Shown here: positions 8,214 to 17,031 of the stretch, piece by piece
Layout of the letters: every line of letters starts with the position of its first letter
How positions within the stretch are numbered: position 1 is the stretch's first letter
IMG/VR virus record: IMGVR_UViG_3300044680_000048
Location: 47,991-111,990 of that record
Source: a virus
Direction: 5' to 3' (one strand)
DNA: 64,000 bases
Made by a program: the position numbers and the translations under genes
Notes under the pieces: model-generated
The model's input: the letters and a program-made list of their open reading frames with translations, nothing else
Told to the model about the DNA's origin: nothing
Database searches by the model: none

Positions 8214-8292
8214 AGTAGGGTAGGGGAGTCTGGTCGTCCCCGCAAGGCTCATAACCTTGAGATCGTGAGTTCAAATCTCACCCTTGCAACCA
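8214..8292 (+). tRNA. tRNA with CAU anticodon (Met; Ile2 or initiator not excluded)
   Basis: Hand-folded cloverleaf:
- Acceptor: AGTAGGG/CCTTGCA, with an A1-A72 mismatch and two G-U pairs.
- D arm: GGGG/CCCC.
- Anticodon arm: CAAGG-CTCATAA-CCTTG.
- Variable loop: AGATC.
- T arm: GTGAG-TTCAAAT-CTCAC.
- 3' end: A plus an encoded CCA. Confidence 0.75.
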
Positions 8293-8294
8293 AT

Positions 8295-8618
8295 TTAGAT
8301 AAAAGAACTATCATGCCTATCTATTAGGGACATAATTTCTTCTTGGGTGGCATCTGGATGATGGGGGATAGAGGTTTCCCGTCTCCATACTTCCGGATGA
8401 TTAGGGTCAATGGGATTAACTCCATTCCCATAAACCACTATTACATGATTATCTAGGTTAGGGTGTTTACTAACACTCATTATTTGGGCTTTCTTTTGCC
8501 CTCTATATTGAGGAGTAGAAGTTCTTTCTATGACTCTTGTGGCAATCAAATCTATATCATCATCGGTTAATTCATACCGGAAGAGATTCCATAACCACTC
8601 TTTCACTTTTTTAAACAT
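8295..8618 (-). CDS. hypothetical protein (107 aa)
   Basis: ORF-track ORF in the structural operon. No motif recognised. Confidence 0.5.
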   Translation of the reverse strand: MFKKVKEWLWNLFRYELTDDDIDLIATRVIERTSTPQYRGQKKAQIMSVSKHPNLDNHVIVVYGNGVNPIDPNHPEVWRRETSIPHHPDATQEEIMSLIDRHDSSFI

Positions 8619-8620
8619 AT

Positions 8621-9043
8621 TTAGAGGGCATCTCCCAATAAGGTTACTGTTGATGCCGTAGTAGCATCAGCACTTCTAAGAGTAACCTTGATCCACCCAC
8701 CTGTCTGAGCTAGGTTAACATTGAAGACAGTATTAACTGTTTGAGGACTTCCATCATTAGCTACTATAGGATTAAGGACAACAGTTTGTCCAACACTGTC
8801 ATAGGCAGGAGTTATGGGATTCCCGCCATTAACATAAAATCCAGGTTGTCCATTAGGGACCGCCGGTCCAAAACCATTAGTAACATTACAGGTAAAACCC
8901 GTAATAGAAGAAGTGGAAGCAAAGGTTATAGAAGTTTCTACCTGAAGTTCATTGAAGACAGTGGCATCTATTTCTATAATAAGAGTTCCGGAAGCAGCTA
9001 CTGAATAGGTTCCATAATTCGTGTAATTAGAATGCGAAGCCAT
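8621..9043 (-). CDS. small beta-rich virion-module protein, paralog of 14850-15254
   Basis: 140 aa. It shares AASG(T/S)...(I/F)(E/D)(I/V)D near the N-terminus and W(I/V)(K/R)(V/F)...(L/V)(L/V)GD at the C-terminus with ORF 14850-15254. Confidence 0.55.
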   Translation of the reverse strand: MASHSNYTNYGTYSVAASGTLIIEIDATVFNELQVETSITFASTSSITGFTCNVTNGFGPAVPNGQPGFYVNGGNPITPAYDSVGQTVVLNPIVANDGSPQTVNTVFNVNLAQTGGWIKVTLRSADATTASTVTLLGDAL

Positions 9044-9189
9044 TAATAACTCCCTACATAGAAGGCAGTTGTTTGGGAACCAAAGCCTAAACTATACCTT
9101 TCTCCGGAAACATCCATATTTCCCGCTCCGTCATCTACCCATTGAACAGTTTGACTATCAGAAGAACCACCGGAAAGAAATACCAACAT
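9043..9189 (-). CDS. hypothetical small protein (48 aa)
   Basis: Hand-translated as MLVFLSGGSSDSQTVQWVDDGAGNMDVSGERYSLGFGSQTTAFYVGSY. GAGG lies upstream and a TAATG overlap joins it to the next gene. Confidence 0.4.
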   Translation of the reverse strand: MLVFLSGGSSDSQTVQWVDDGAGNMDVSGERYSLGFGSQTTAFYVGSY

Positions 9190-9231
9190 ATTAAACCTCA
9201 AATCTTAAACTATGTAGAATTTTAGCTTTAG

Positions 9232-10071
9232 CTAAAAGCTGCCCCTTAAGGTTTCATAGGCTAACTCATATCCATGGTTTATTAGGGACTTCCGGTCCTT
9301 CTTATAGTTAAAGTCTATTAAATTACGCTGAATATTACTCTCTGCCTTTACTACTATAACTTTAACCTCTCTAAACCGAGAGTTGGTAGATACTATGGAG
9401 TTGATTGTCTCAACAAATTTAAGTTCTTTCGATATGGAGATATAAGACGGTAATGATAAACCAGCCTGCATTACATCTAAAATACTGTTTATCTTGTAAC
9501 AAGTCTCCGGCACTTGAGGTTGAAACAAGACAACAACATCGGCGCCCATTTCTACTGCCTGAGAAACCGAGAAGTTATTACTTAGCCCACCATCTAGGTA
9601 TTGTTGACCATTAAGAGAAACAGGCTCAAATAAAACTGGAGGTGAAGCAGATGCTCGTAAGAACGCCGGCAAGTCTTCTCCTAACTCATGAACGTCTTTA
9701 GTAACACCGCTCCAATCTGTAAAATTAGTAACGTTAATTAAGAATTTCTTAGGGTTTCCGGCAACTTTACCATTATCTATATATTTCTTTAATGTTCTTT
9801 CCAGAGGAGAAGAGTCGTATAAACAGAACTTACCGGAAAGAAAGTTACCAAATGGGTTTAAACTATAAACATCCGGATTCTTAATATTCATCCACAGATC
9901 TAGCATTTCATCTATTCTATTTTGATGAAGAAAAAGACCATTCAGGCTACCAACGGAAGTTCCATGAAGAACGTCATAAGTAAGTCCTAATTCATGCCAA
10001 GCTTTAATCATCCCGGCTTGTAGGATGCCCATTGAACCGCCGCCGGAAAGACATAGGTGGATATTAGACAT
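9232..10071 (-). CDS. patatin-like phospholipase
   Basis: 279 aa with all three patatin signatures: LSGGGSMG (oxyanion GGGxxG), GTSVGSLNG (GxSxG nucleophile) and YLDGGLSNN (catalytic DGG). Confidence 0.85.
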   Translation of the reverse strand: MSNIHLCLSGGGSMGILQAGMIKAWHELGLTYDVLHGTSVGSLNGLFLHQNRIDEMLDLWMNIKNPDVYSLNPFGNFLSGKFCLYDSSPLERTLKKYIDNGKVAGNPKKFLINVTNFTDWSGVTKDVHELGEDLPAFLRASASPPVLFEPVSLNGQQYLDGGLSNNFSVSQAVEMGADVVVLFQPQVPETCYKINSILDVMQAGLSLPSYISISKELKFVETINSIVSTNSRFREVKVIVVKAESNIQRNLIDFNYKKDRKSLINHGYELAYETLRGSF

Positions 10072-10504
10072 TGATTAGAGGAATGTTGTATTGCACAGCA
10101 AGTGATTCCGCCATGGTTATTACTGTAGGAGTCAACCAAGTGGGATTGGTTGCTTTTAGCCCCGTCCAATACTGAGAAATTGCTAGTGGATAGGTCGTAA
10201 TAAATTTGTCTACTAGCGGGAAGGCTTGAGAGAGATTTATAGCGGCTTCGGTTAGTCCTTGAGCCAGCAATCCCTGAAATAAAGATCCCTGGAACATGTC
10301 GGGATTTGGGACGGCGACGTTAGTCGGAATGTAGATCAGCACTCCATTCACGATTTTGTAATTCGTGATATTCTGGTCGCCGTTATACGACATGAACGGC
10401 GCCCAAGTGTCTTCCGCTGATGGCGTATCAACACCAGGCACGATGGTTGCTTGGTTGTTTGTGCCGGTGCAATTTGTTTGTCCGGCGAATTGAATTACGT
10501 TCAT
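10064..10504 (-). CDS. fibre-associated protein (possible fibre chaperone/assembly factor)
   Basis: 146-aa ORF directly downstream of the fibre gene. It shares the locally elevated GC of the fibre C-terminal domain. Function is inferred from position only. Confidence 0.45.
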   Translation of the reverse strand: MNVIQFAGQTNCTGTNNQATIVPGVDTPSAEDTWAPFMSYNGDQNITNYKIVNGVLIYIPTNVAVPNPDMFQGSLFQGLLAQGLTEAAINLSQAFPLVDKFITTYPLAISQYWTGLKATNPTWLTPTVITMAESLAVQYNIPLINV

Positions 10505-10507
10505 TAT

Positions 10508-13500
10508 TTACTCCGCATCCATAAAGACTGACTTTGTAGCTATGTTGACAGCCGTTGTGCTTAGTGTGGTGATCGTCTCGACATTGCACGCAACACCTGA
10601 TATCGGGACATCTGTCGTTGTAGACGCAGCTAGTACTGACGCACCGCCGTTAGTACTGATGTAGAAACTTACTGTGCCAGGTATAGAGCAATCAACCGCC
10701 ATTGTGTATACGGTGTTGTAATTTATTGGGACCGTCGTAGTGATCACGTTTTGCGCTGAGCCTGTGCCAGTTACACAACGCCAGTACTGAGTAGCATCTA
10801 CTGCGGGCGAGTAGCGAAATGCGGCCACGCTAACTGCGGTCCCAGGTGTATTCGTTCCTGTGCAATATGCAGCACCACCGCCTAGCATCCCCACCCAGAT
10901 CCGGCAATTCTGAATGTCTGTAGAACTTGATCCGGTCCTAATAGTCGCTATATATCTCGGTCCTGGGTACGTATTATTGAATACTCCCCAGTTTGCATTT
11001 GCTTGCGAAGAGCTACCGGCGTAGGTGCCCGAGGTAGTTGAAGTAGCAAAGTTGACTGCGAAATCTAATCCAGCAGTACCCCACAGCGTCGTAGCAGTGC
11101 CCGAATTTGTGGGACTAACTGTGTTCAAACCTCCCGAAAAATATACAGAAGTCGTTGCGACTGCTGGATAACTATAGGTTCCCCATCGCCGCGGACGAGC
11201 GCAGGTGATTGACGGGAACATATAACTATTAACCCACGCACCCGTCCCAGATCCAGTATTTTGAATTGTCTGCCCGATGTTGCCACCGGATGGTAAGCCG
11301 CCTCCACCTCCACCAGAGGCTGTAGAGGCAATAGTTATTGTGCTATTAGTAGAATTAAGAGTTAATGTAGTATTGGACCCGGCAACTAATGCATTAGTTA
11401 AAGCTGAGTATATATCAGTAGCTACAGGTGCTCTAAAAGTAGGCTTGTTTGCAGCTCCTGTTGTAGGTCCAAATAACCCTGTTCCTGAAGCTTGATTAAT
11501 TAGAGAAAGTTGAAGAGTTCCGTTAGCTGTAAGAGGAGAATTTGTTGCTGGAGAGGTAAAAATTACATTATCTGTAGTTAATCCAACAGAGGTTAAAGCC
11601 CCAGAAGCATAATTACTTAAGGTTATAGAATTAGCCGCATTACTAACTGTAATTCCTACACCAGTTATATTAGCCGGACTATAAGATCCTCCAGAAGTAG
11701 ATCCTATAGGTATTTGACCATCTGTAGGGACAGTAGAAACTCCAGTTCCACCTGAGTAGACACTGGCTATCTGAGGCTTGATAGTTCTCCAACCACTAAT
11801 TCCATCACTTATAACGCCCATGACTTGGAATTTCAGCATGGTTTTGGATGTAGAACCGCCATCAAAGGTATCGGTTCCATTAGTAGTTACAGTACAAGCA
11901 TTAGTCCCAGTAACAGTATTATTATTAAAATAAAATACTTCTGCTACAACACTTGAAGCAGCCGGGAGAATCAAGGTTACAGGAGCAGTTGAGGCATCCA
12001 TATTCTGGTAGCCCGGAGAAGTATTGGTTAAAGTTGCACTAACTGTAGCTGAAGCGAATCCTTGGAATAAATTAACATAAGCCGGGAGTCCATTAACTAC
12101 TCCTATTGCTTGAGAAGTTAAACCAACTCCTAAAGCAGACTCTACATTGGCATTTGTGAAGTAAGGAATATCTCCCATAGTTCCTACTGCCGAAAGATTA
12201 ATCTGTGGAGTTGAAGTTGAATTGGTTACATTAACTGCAATTGAAGGAATAGAACTACTGGCAGATACAGAACTTACTGTGCCGGAACCTCCTCCTGAAG
12301 CAGTAGAGGCAATAGTAATAACACTTCCATTATTAGTTAGAGTAATATTATTTCCGGCAGCTAGGGCTCCAGTAAGATCACTACCCGTAAGGTTCCTAAA
12401 TGTAGGAGCTGCATTACCACCACTTGCTGGACCGGCAAAGATAAGTCCTGAGGCTTGATTTACAAAAGTTCCTGTTAAAGTTCCAGAATTTATAACAGGA
12501 GAGCCTGAAACAGTAAATATGGTATTAGGGAGACTTAATGCTACAGAGGTAACTGTCCCATTGGTATTTGAGCTTCCGGCATTAGAAATAATGTTTAAAG
12601 TATTTCCATTGTTTGTTAATGAAAGGTTACTTCCACTAACTGTAATTGCATTAGTTAGGTCACTTCCTACTATATTGCGATAAATTGGAGAATTTGGACT
12701 TCCAGAAGCTGGACCACTTAAGAAAGTACCAGAGGCTGCACTTGATAGATTAAAACTTAAAGTTGGCGTAGTATTTGAAGTGCTAACTGATGTTGTAAAA
12801 ATTGGATTGGCAGTGCCCGCTGAAAAAGAAGTTACTGTCCCACTAGTATTAGAAGAACCAGCAGCGCTGATAATAACATTAGAACCATTGTTATTGACTG
12901 TAACATTAGTTCCGGCTTGAATAATTGATCCTAAATCATATCCAACTAAATTCCTGTAAGAAGGACTTCCCACAGCCCCACTTGCAGGTCCAGATAAAAT
13001 TTGACCAGAAGCTGTATTGGATAGACTAAAACTTAAAACTGGAGTAGTAGTTGAATTAGCAACTGAAGTTGTGAACACGGGATTAGCCGAACCAGCCGAA
13101 AAGTTTGTAACGGTTCCTGAACTAGAGCCACTTCCAGCTACTGCTGAAATAGTTAGAACTCCTCCACTATTATTAAAGTTTATATTAGCCCCAGCAGCAA
13201 GACTTCCAATTAAATCATTACTATTTAATGTCCTATAAGTAGGAGCAGTAGAACTACCTGAAGTTGGACCAGCTAAAAAGGTTGCCGAAGCTGCATTGGA
13301 AATAGTATAAGAAATGGAAGGTGCAGTAGTAGGGTTAGAAACCGCACTTGTAAATATAGGAGCTAGGTTTCCAGAAGAGACAGAAGTGACTGAACCATTC
13401 CCGCTCGATGTTGAAGATATTATTATATTTCCATCGGAATTTCCAATGTTTATATTACTTCCAGCAGTTAAGCTATTAGGAACCCAACCTGTGGCAGATC

Positions 13501-14848
13501 CTATTAACAGTTGTCCAGGACTATTACCTTGAGGAAGATCTGTTAAGACCATTGCTCGAAAATTAGGAGTTCCAGAAGTGGAACTTGGTGAAGCAAATAT
13601 CTGTCCAGAAGATTGTGAAGATAAGGTGTGAGAAATTACGGGAGTAGTAGTAGGGTTAGTTGTACTAGAAGTAAACAGTCCGGTAAGTCCTGAGTCACTT
13701 ACGGAAGTTACTGAACCTGAAGCATTATTAGTAGCAGTAATTGTTATCTGAGAACCATTATTGCTTAAACTGATCCCAGAACCATTATTGAAGTTTCCGA
13801 AAATATCATTACTGATAATTCCCCGATAACTTGGGGCTCCAGCAGTGCCAGAAGCAGGTCCGGCAAGAAATTGTCCTGAGGCTTGATTTGTTAGAGAAAA
13901 AGTAGTACTAGGTGTTGTAGTTGAAGTAGCTGTGGTGGAAGTAAAGATAGGAGAAAGGTTGCCAACAGCGACACTTGTTACTGACCCACTAGCTAAACCA
14001 GTTGCGGAAATAGTTCCACCAGAAGATATGTTTATATTACTTCCAGCAGTTAAAGTAGGAACTACATCAGAAGCTGTTAATGGTCTAAATCCAGGAGTGG
14101 CATTTCCACCAGAGATTGGTCCAGCATACACCTGCCCTGAAGCTTGACTAGTAACAGTAAAGGTTAAATTAGGTGTGCTGGTGGGTGTAGCTACGGATGT
14201 AGTAAAAAGCCCACCAGCATTTCCAGAAGTGAAACTACTTACTGTTCCACTACCACCAGAAGAGGCAATGACTAGGCTACTTCCCACTAAGGTTAGAGTA
14301 ATATTTGAACCCGCAGAGAGGGCAGAAATTAAATCTGAACCAACATGTAATCTATAGTATGGAGTTGCCGCAGACCCTGTTACAGGTCCTGCTAAAAACT
14401 GACCAGAAGGAGCAGAAGATAAGAGAAAACTTAATGCTGGTGTGGAAGTGGGATTGGAAACTGAAGTGGTGAATATAGGATTTGCTATTCCAGCCGAAAA
14501 GTTTGTTACTGTTCCTAATCCAGCTCCAGAAGACCCAATAGTTAATGTATTGGTCCCAGCAGTTAGAGAGATTCCGGCACCTGCTACTAACTTGAAAGAA
14601 TTAGGAAGGTTGGACGTTTCATTAGCTTGAGTTACATAGGTGCCGGAAGGATAACCTCCACCAGCAGCCGAGACTGTTAAATTTCCACCTGAGAAGGTTA
14701 ACGTGATATTACTTCCGGCAGCAATAACACTTGCTCCGGTAAGAGTAGAGTTAGAAGAAGTTAATAGATAAGGAGCATTCGTAGGCGCTCCACCAGAGCT
14801 TCCTCCGGTAGATGAACTAAAGAATATTGGGGGAAAGAAAAACTTCAC
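10508..14848 (-). CDS. tail fibre / receptor-binding protein with about 10 internal repeats
   Basis: 1446 aa, rich in Gly/Ser/Thr/Asn, with a GTG start 1 nt after the upstream stop. The repeat unit is about 90-100 aa: G(T/S)VT(S/N).S.G...P(I/V)FT(T/S)....TTP...(F/L)..(Q/A)ASG..(L/F)(A/S)GP.SG....P.(Y/F)R.L...D(L/I). A distinct 262-aa C-terminal domain follows a Gly6 linker. Confidence 0.8.
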   Translation of the reverse strand: MKFFFPPIFFSSSTGGSSGGAPTNAPYLLTSSNSTLTGASVIAAGSNITLTFSGGNLTVSAAGGGYPSGTYVTQANETSNLPNSFKLVAGAGISLTAGTNTLTIGSSGAGLGTVTNFSAGIANPIFTTSVSNPTSTPALSFLLSSAPSGQFLAGPVTGSAATPYYRLHVGSDLISALSAGSNITLTLVGSSLVIASSGGSGTVSSFTSGNAGGLFTTSVATPTSTPNLTFTVTSQASGQVYAGPISGGNATPGFRPLTASDVVPTLTAGSNINISSGGTISATGLASGSVTSVAVGNLSPIFTSTTATSTTTPSTTFSLTNQASGQFLAGPASGTAGAPSYRGIISNDIFGNFNNGSGISLSNNGSQITITATNNASGSVTSVSDSGLTGLFTSSTTNPTTTPVISHTLSSQSSGQIFASPSSTSGTPNFRAMVLTDLPQGNSPGQLLIGSATGWVPNSLTAGSNINIGNSDGNIIISSTSSGNGSVTSVSSGNLAPIFTSAVSNPTTAPSISYTISNAASATFLAGPTSGSSTAPTYRTLNSNDLIGSLAAGANINFNNSGGVLTISAVAGSGSSSGTVTNFSAGSANPVFTTSVANSTTTPVLSFSLSNTASGQILSGPASGAVGSPSYRNLVGYDLGSIIQAGTNVTVNNNGSNVIISAAGSSNTSGTVTSFSAGTANPIFTTSVSTSNTTPTLSFNLSSAASGTFLSGPASGSPNSPIYRNIVGSDLTNAITVSGSNLSLTNNGNTLNIISNAGSSNTNGTVTSVALSLPNTIFTVSGSPVINSGTLTGTFVNQASGLIFAGPASGGNAAPTFRNLTGSDLTGALAAGNNITLTNNGSVITIASTASGGGSGTVSSVSASSSIPSIAVNVTNSTSTPQINLSAVGTMGDIPYFTNANVESALGVGLTSQAIGVVNGLPAYVNLFQGFASATVSATLTNTSPGYQNMDASTAPVTLILPAASSVVAEVFYFNNNTVTGTNACTVTTNGTDTFDGGSTSKTMLKFQVMGVISDGISGWRTIKPQIASVYSGGTGVSTVPTDGQIPIGSTSGGSYSPANITGVGITVSNAANSITLSNYASGALTSVGLTTDNVIFTSPATNSPLTANGTLQLSLINQASGTGLFGPTTGAANKPTFRAPVATDIYSALTNALVAGSNTTLTLNSTNSTITIASTASGGGGGGLPSGGNIGQTIQNTGSGTGAWVNSYMFPSITCARPRRWGTYSYPAVATTSVYFSGGLNTVSPTNSGTATTLWGTAGLDFAVNFATSTTSGTYAGSSSQANANWGVFNNTYPGPRYIATIRTGSSSTDIQNCRIWVGMLGGGAAYCTGTNTPGTAVSVAAFRYSPAVDATQYWRCVTGTGSAQNVITTTVPINYNTVYTMAVDCSIPGTVSFYISTNGGASVLAASTTTDVPISGVACNVETITTLSTTAVNIATKSVFMDAE
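11297..14521 (-). repeat. array of about 10 degenerate ~280-nt coding repeats inside the fibre gene
   Basis: Periodic protein repeats were read from the translation. The repeats also generate a family of similar spurious + strand ORFs (for example 12222, 13017, 13314, 13932, 14175 and 14442). Confidence 0.8.
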
Positions 14849-14849
14849 C

Positions 14850-15254
14850 TTACGGAATATCTCCTACTACTTTTATTGTGGCAGGGTTTGCCGGATCAGG
14901 ATTAGAAATTACAAATCTTACCCACCTAGGAACCATGTAACAAAGTACTTCAATAAAGTCTGTATTGGTTAAACTAGAGCCGGAAGAAAGTTGATAAGTA
15001 GTTGCGCCTGTCTCATATATAGGTACGTTACTTCCTCCTATTACTATAGGAAGGGTTCCATTAGCGGTTGGGTCACTATTGCCGCAACCTGCATAACAAT
15101 TTACTACCAGACCAGAAGCCAGAAGAGAGGCATAGGTAGCACTTACGCCAATTGTTACTGGACTATTTTGGAAATTAAAAGTGTCTACATCGAAAGTATA
15201 ACTGCCGCTAGCTGCGAGAGTTGAAACAGGAACAATTATCTGAAAATTGGACAT
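14850..15254 (-). CDS. small beta-rich virion-module protein, paralog of 8621-9043
   Basis: 134 aa, located immediately upstream of the fibre gene. See 8621-9043 for the shared motifs. Confidence 0.55.
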   Translation of the reverse strand: MSNFQIIVPVSTLAASGSYTFDVDTFNFQNSPVTIGVSATYASLLASGLVVNCYAGCGNSDPTANGTLPIVIGGSNVPIYETGATTYQLSSGSSLTNTDFIEVLCYMVPRWVRFVISNPDPANPATIKVVGDIP

Positions 15255-15380
15255 TTATTGTCCCTTTTTCTTCTTTTTTTTCTTTTCCGATTTAGGTTTA
15301 TCAAGCCCTTTAGCAAGGAAAATCAGTTCCGTAGATTCTGACTTCTGCACTTCAGCAACTTTTTTATCAGTATTAATCAT
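15255..15380 (-). CDS. hypothetical small lysine-rich protein (41 aa)
   Basis: Hand-translated as MINTDKKVAEVQKSESTELIFLAKGLDKPKSEKKKKKKKGQ. AAGGA lies about 8 nt upstream and its stop abuts the next ATG. Confidence 0.35.
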   Translation of the reverse strand: MINTDKKVAEVQKSESTELIFLAKGLDKPKSEKKKKKKKGQ

Positions 15381-15411
15381 TATATATCCTTAAGAGACAC
15401 CTGAATTGTAA

Positions 15412-16926
15412 CTAGATATCTTGGTATGGAAGAGTATCAATTACAGCTTCTTCCCCTACTGGTAGTTTCATAGGAGTTGCCGGAGGTACTACTTCAGAAG
15501 CAACTGAGATATTGGGAAGAACCCTTAGAGGTTTCTTACCAGCAGTTCCACCTAGAGGAGGAAGTTTAGCTATTTCAGTTCTGGCTTCATCAACAGACAT
15601 AAATCCATCCAATTTACCAATATCAACTAAGGACTTAGCCATATTCATAGTAAAGGAATTGAATCTATCCCTTGCCCGAATCTGTACGTCTTTTATTCCG
15701 GCTCTGGGAAGGATTTCAGAATTAATGAAATTATCAACTATCTTAACTACTTGATAGATAGCTTTATCAAAGATATCAGCAGCTTCATCAGCAAGAGAAG
15801 CAGCATGGTATTGCTGATTAGCATTAGTAATAATTCCTAAACGTTCATGGGGGACACCCATTACATGAGCAACCTGTTTAGCAGCTTTATCAGAAGTTTT
15901 GTGGAAGGCTCCATCTAAGTCAGCCAGATTATTCATCTGTTTAATATCACGGGCACCCGTAAGGACTACAGTATCAAATCCGGCTCTGGCTCCAGAATGG
16001 TTTGCCCGAAGTTCATTTTCCATTTGACGGGCAAGAGCCATACTATTAGCCCCGGGAATTCCCGTAGTAGACTTATTATTATCCATAAGGATAGCCATGC
16101 CAATAAGACCGCCTTTCTGGAAGACCATATTGTTATACATAGAAGCCTGAAGATCTGCTTCTAAATCAGTCAAGAGAGTAGCCAATGGGGCATTTCCTAA
16201 ATCATAATGTCTCATTGACCGGCGGTAGACACAATGCTTAAGTTGGTCCACTTCAAATATATAAGCTACAAATCCCACATAATAAATCCATTGGACAACT
16301 CTTTGTCCATCAGGACTAAATCTTGGTTCAAGGTATTGCGGAAGAAGGATTTTAAGATCCTTAAGTCCACCCAACATATTATTTCTGGGCCAAACCCAAA
16401 AGTTACCATAAATCTTAAGGTGATCTACAAGCTCTAGACGGAGTTCATCTATCCGGAATTCCTTACAAACTCTCTTAGCTTTCTCAAAATTCTTCTCATT
16501 ACCTACTAAGTAGTAACCATCAGAAGCAATTTCCCTAGAGAACTCTTCCCGGCAACACCATACAGCCCAATGGTTCTCAGCCAAGAAGGCGAAAATCCCA
16601 AAAGGGTTAGGGAATAACTGCCAGAAATTAGATCCTTGTGCCCGGAATCCATATAAATCTCCAAGCCCAAACATCCCAAAATACTTATTCTGTTGCTGTA
16701 ACCCCTTACTCTCTACATAAGTCTTAGTAAAAGAAGCAGCTTCACTCTTAAATTGATTAATTAATTTAAAGGCAGTTTGTGGATCTTTATAAGTAGAGAG
16801 GGAAGAAAGTTGAGTAACTAATCCATTAATTCTACCAATAGCCGCTTTCTCTACTGGATCTGAAATTACAAGAGCTTCGGCAGCCTTCTTTAGGGCTTTC
16901 TCTTTCTTCTTTTTCTTCTTACTCAA
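15412..16926 (-). CDS. portal protein (putative)
   Basis: 504-aa ORF downstream of TerL in the packaging and head module. Called on size and position only. Confidence 0.6.
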   Translation of the reverse strand: MSKKKKKKEKALKKAAEALVISDPVEKAAIGRINGLVTQLSSLSTYKDPQTAFKLINQFKSEAASFTKTYVESKGLQQQNKYFGMFGLGDLYGFRAQGSNFWQLFPNPFGIFAFLAENHWAVWCCREEFSREIASDGYYLVGNEKNFEKAKRVCKEFRIDELRLELVDHLKIYGNFWVWPRNNMLGGLKDLKILLPQYLEPRFSPDGQRVVQWIYYVGFVAYIFEVDQLKHCVYRRSMRHYDLGNAPLATLLTDLEADLQASMYNNMVFQKGGLIGMAILMDNNKSTTGIPGANSMALARQMENELRANHSGARAGFDTVVLTGARDIKQMNNLADLDGAFHKTSDKAAKQVAHVMGVPHERLGIITNANQQYHAASLADEAADIFDKAIYQVVKIVDNFINSEILPRAGIKDVQIRARDRFNSFTMNMAKSLVDIGKLDGFMSVDEARTEIAKLPPLGGTAGKKPLRVLPNISVASEVVPPATPMKLPVGEEAVIDTLPYQDI

Positions 16927-16986
16927 GGCTATCCCAAATTTTAGAAACTATTTATGAGTTTAGCTTTAGGTGGCTCAATAAGAAAA

Positions 16987-17006
16987 AGCCTCCAGAAATG
17001 GAGGCT
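16987..17006 (-). terminator. intrinsic terminator after gene 17032-17529
   Basis: Stem AGCCTCC/GGAGGCT with a 6-nt loop. TTTTT follows on the minus strand. Confidence 0.6.
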
Positions 17007-17031
17007 TAGTTCTTGAGATGTTCGGACTAAA

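Noticed and set aside
11297-14521. Regular ~280-nt periodicity, considered as a possible CRISPR-like or satellite array or as a DGR template/variable-region pair.
   Set aside because: The units are contiguous, in frame and translated as protein repeats, with no spacers. No reverse transcriptase is present in the window, and no adenine-specific mismatch pattern appears between copies.
11125-14630. A family of 60-78-aa ORFs on the + strand inside the fibre gene (11277, 12222, 13017, 13314, 13932, 14175 and 14442), with similar PE..VTVP-type sequences.
   Set aside because: They lie antisense to a long, well-supported gene. Their similarity to each other simply mirrors the coding repeats, and they lack SD sequences and operon logic.
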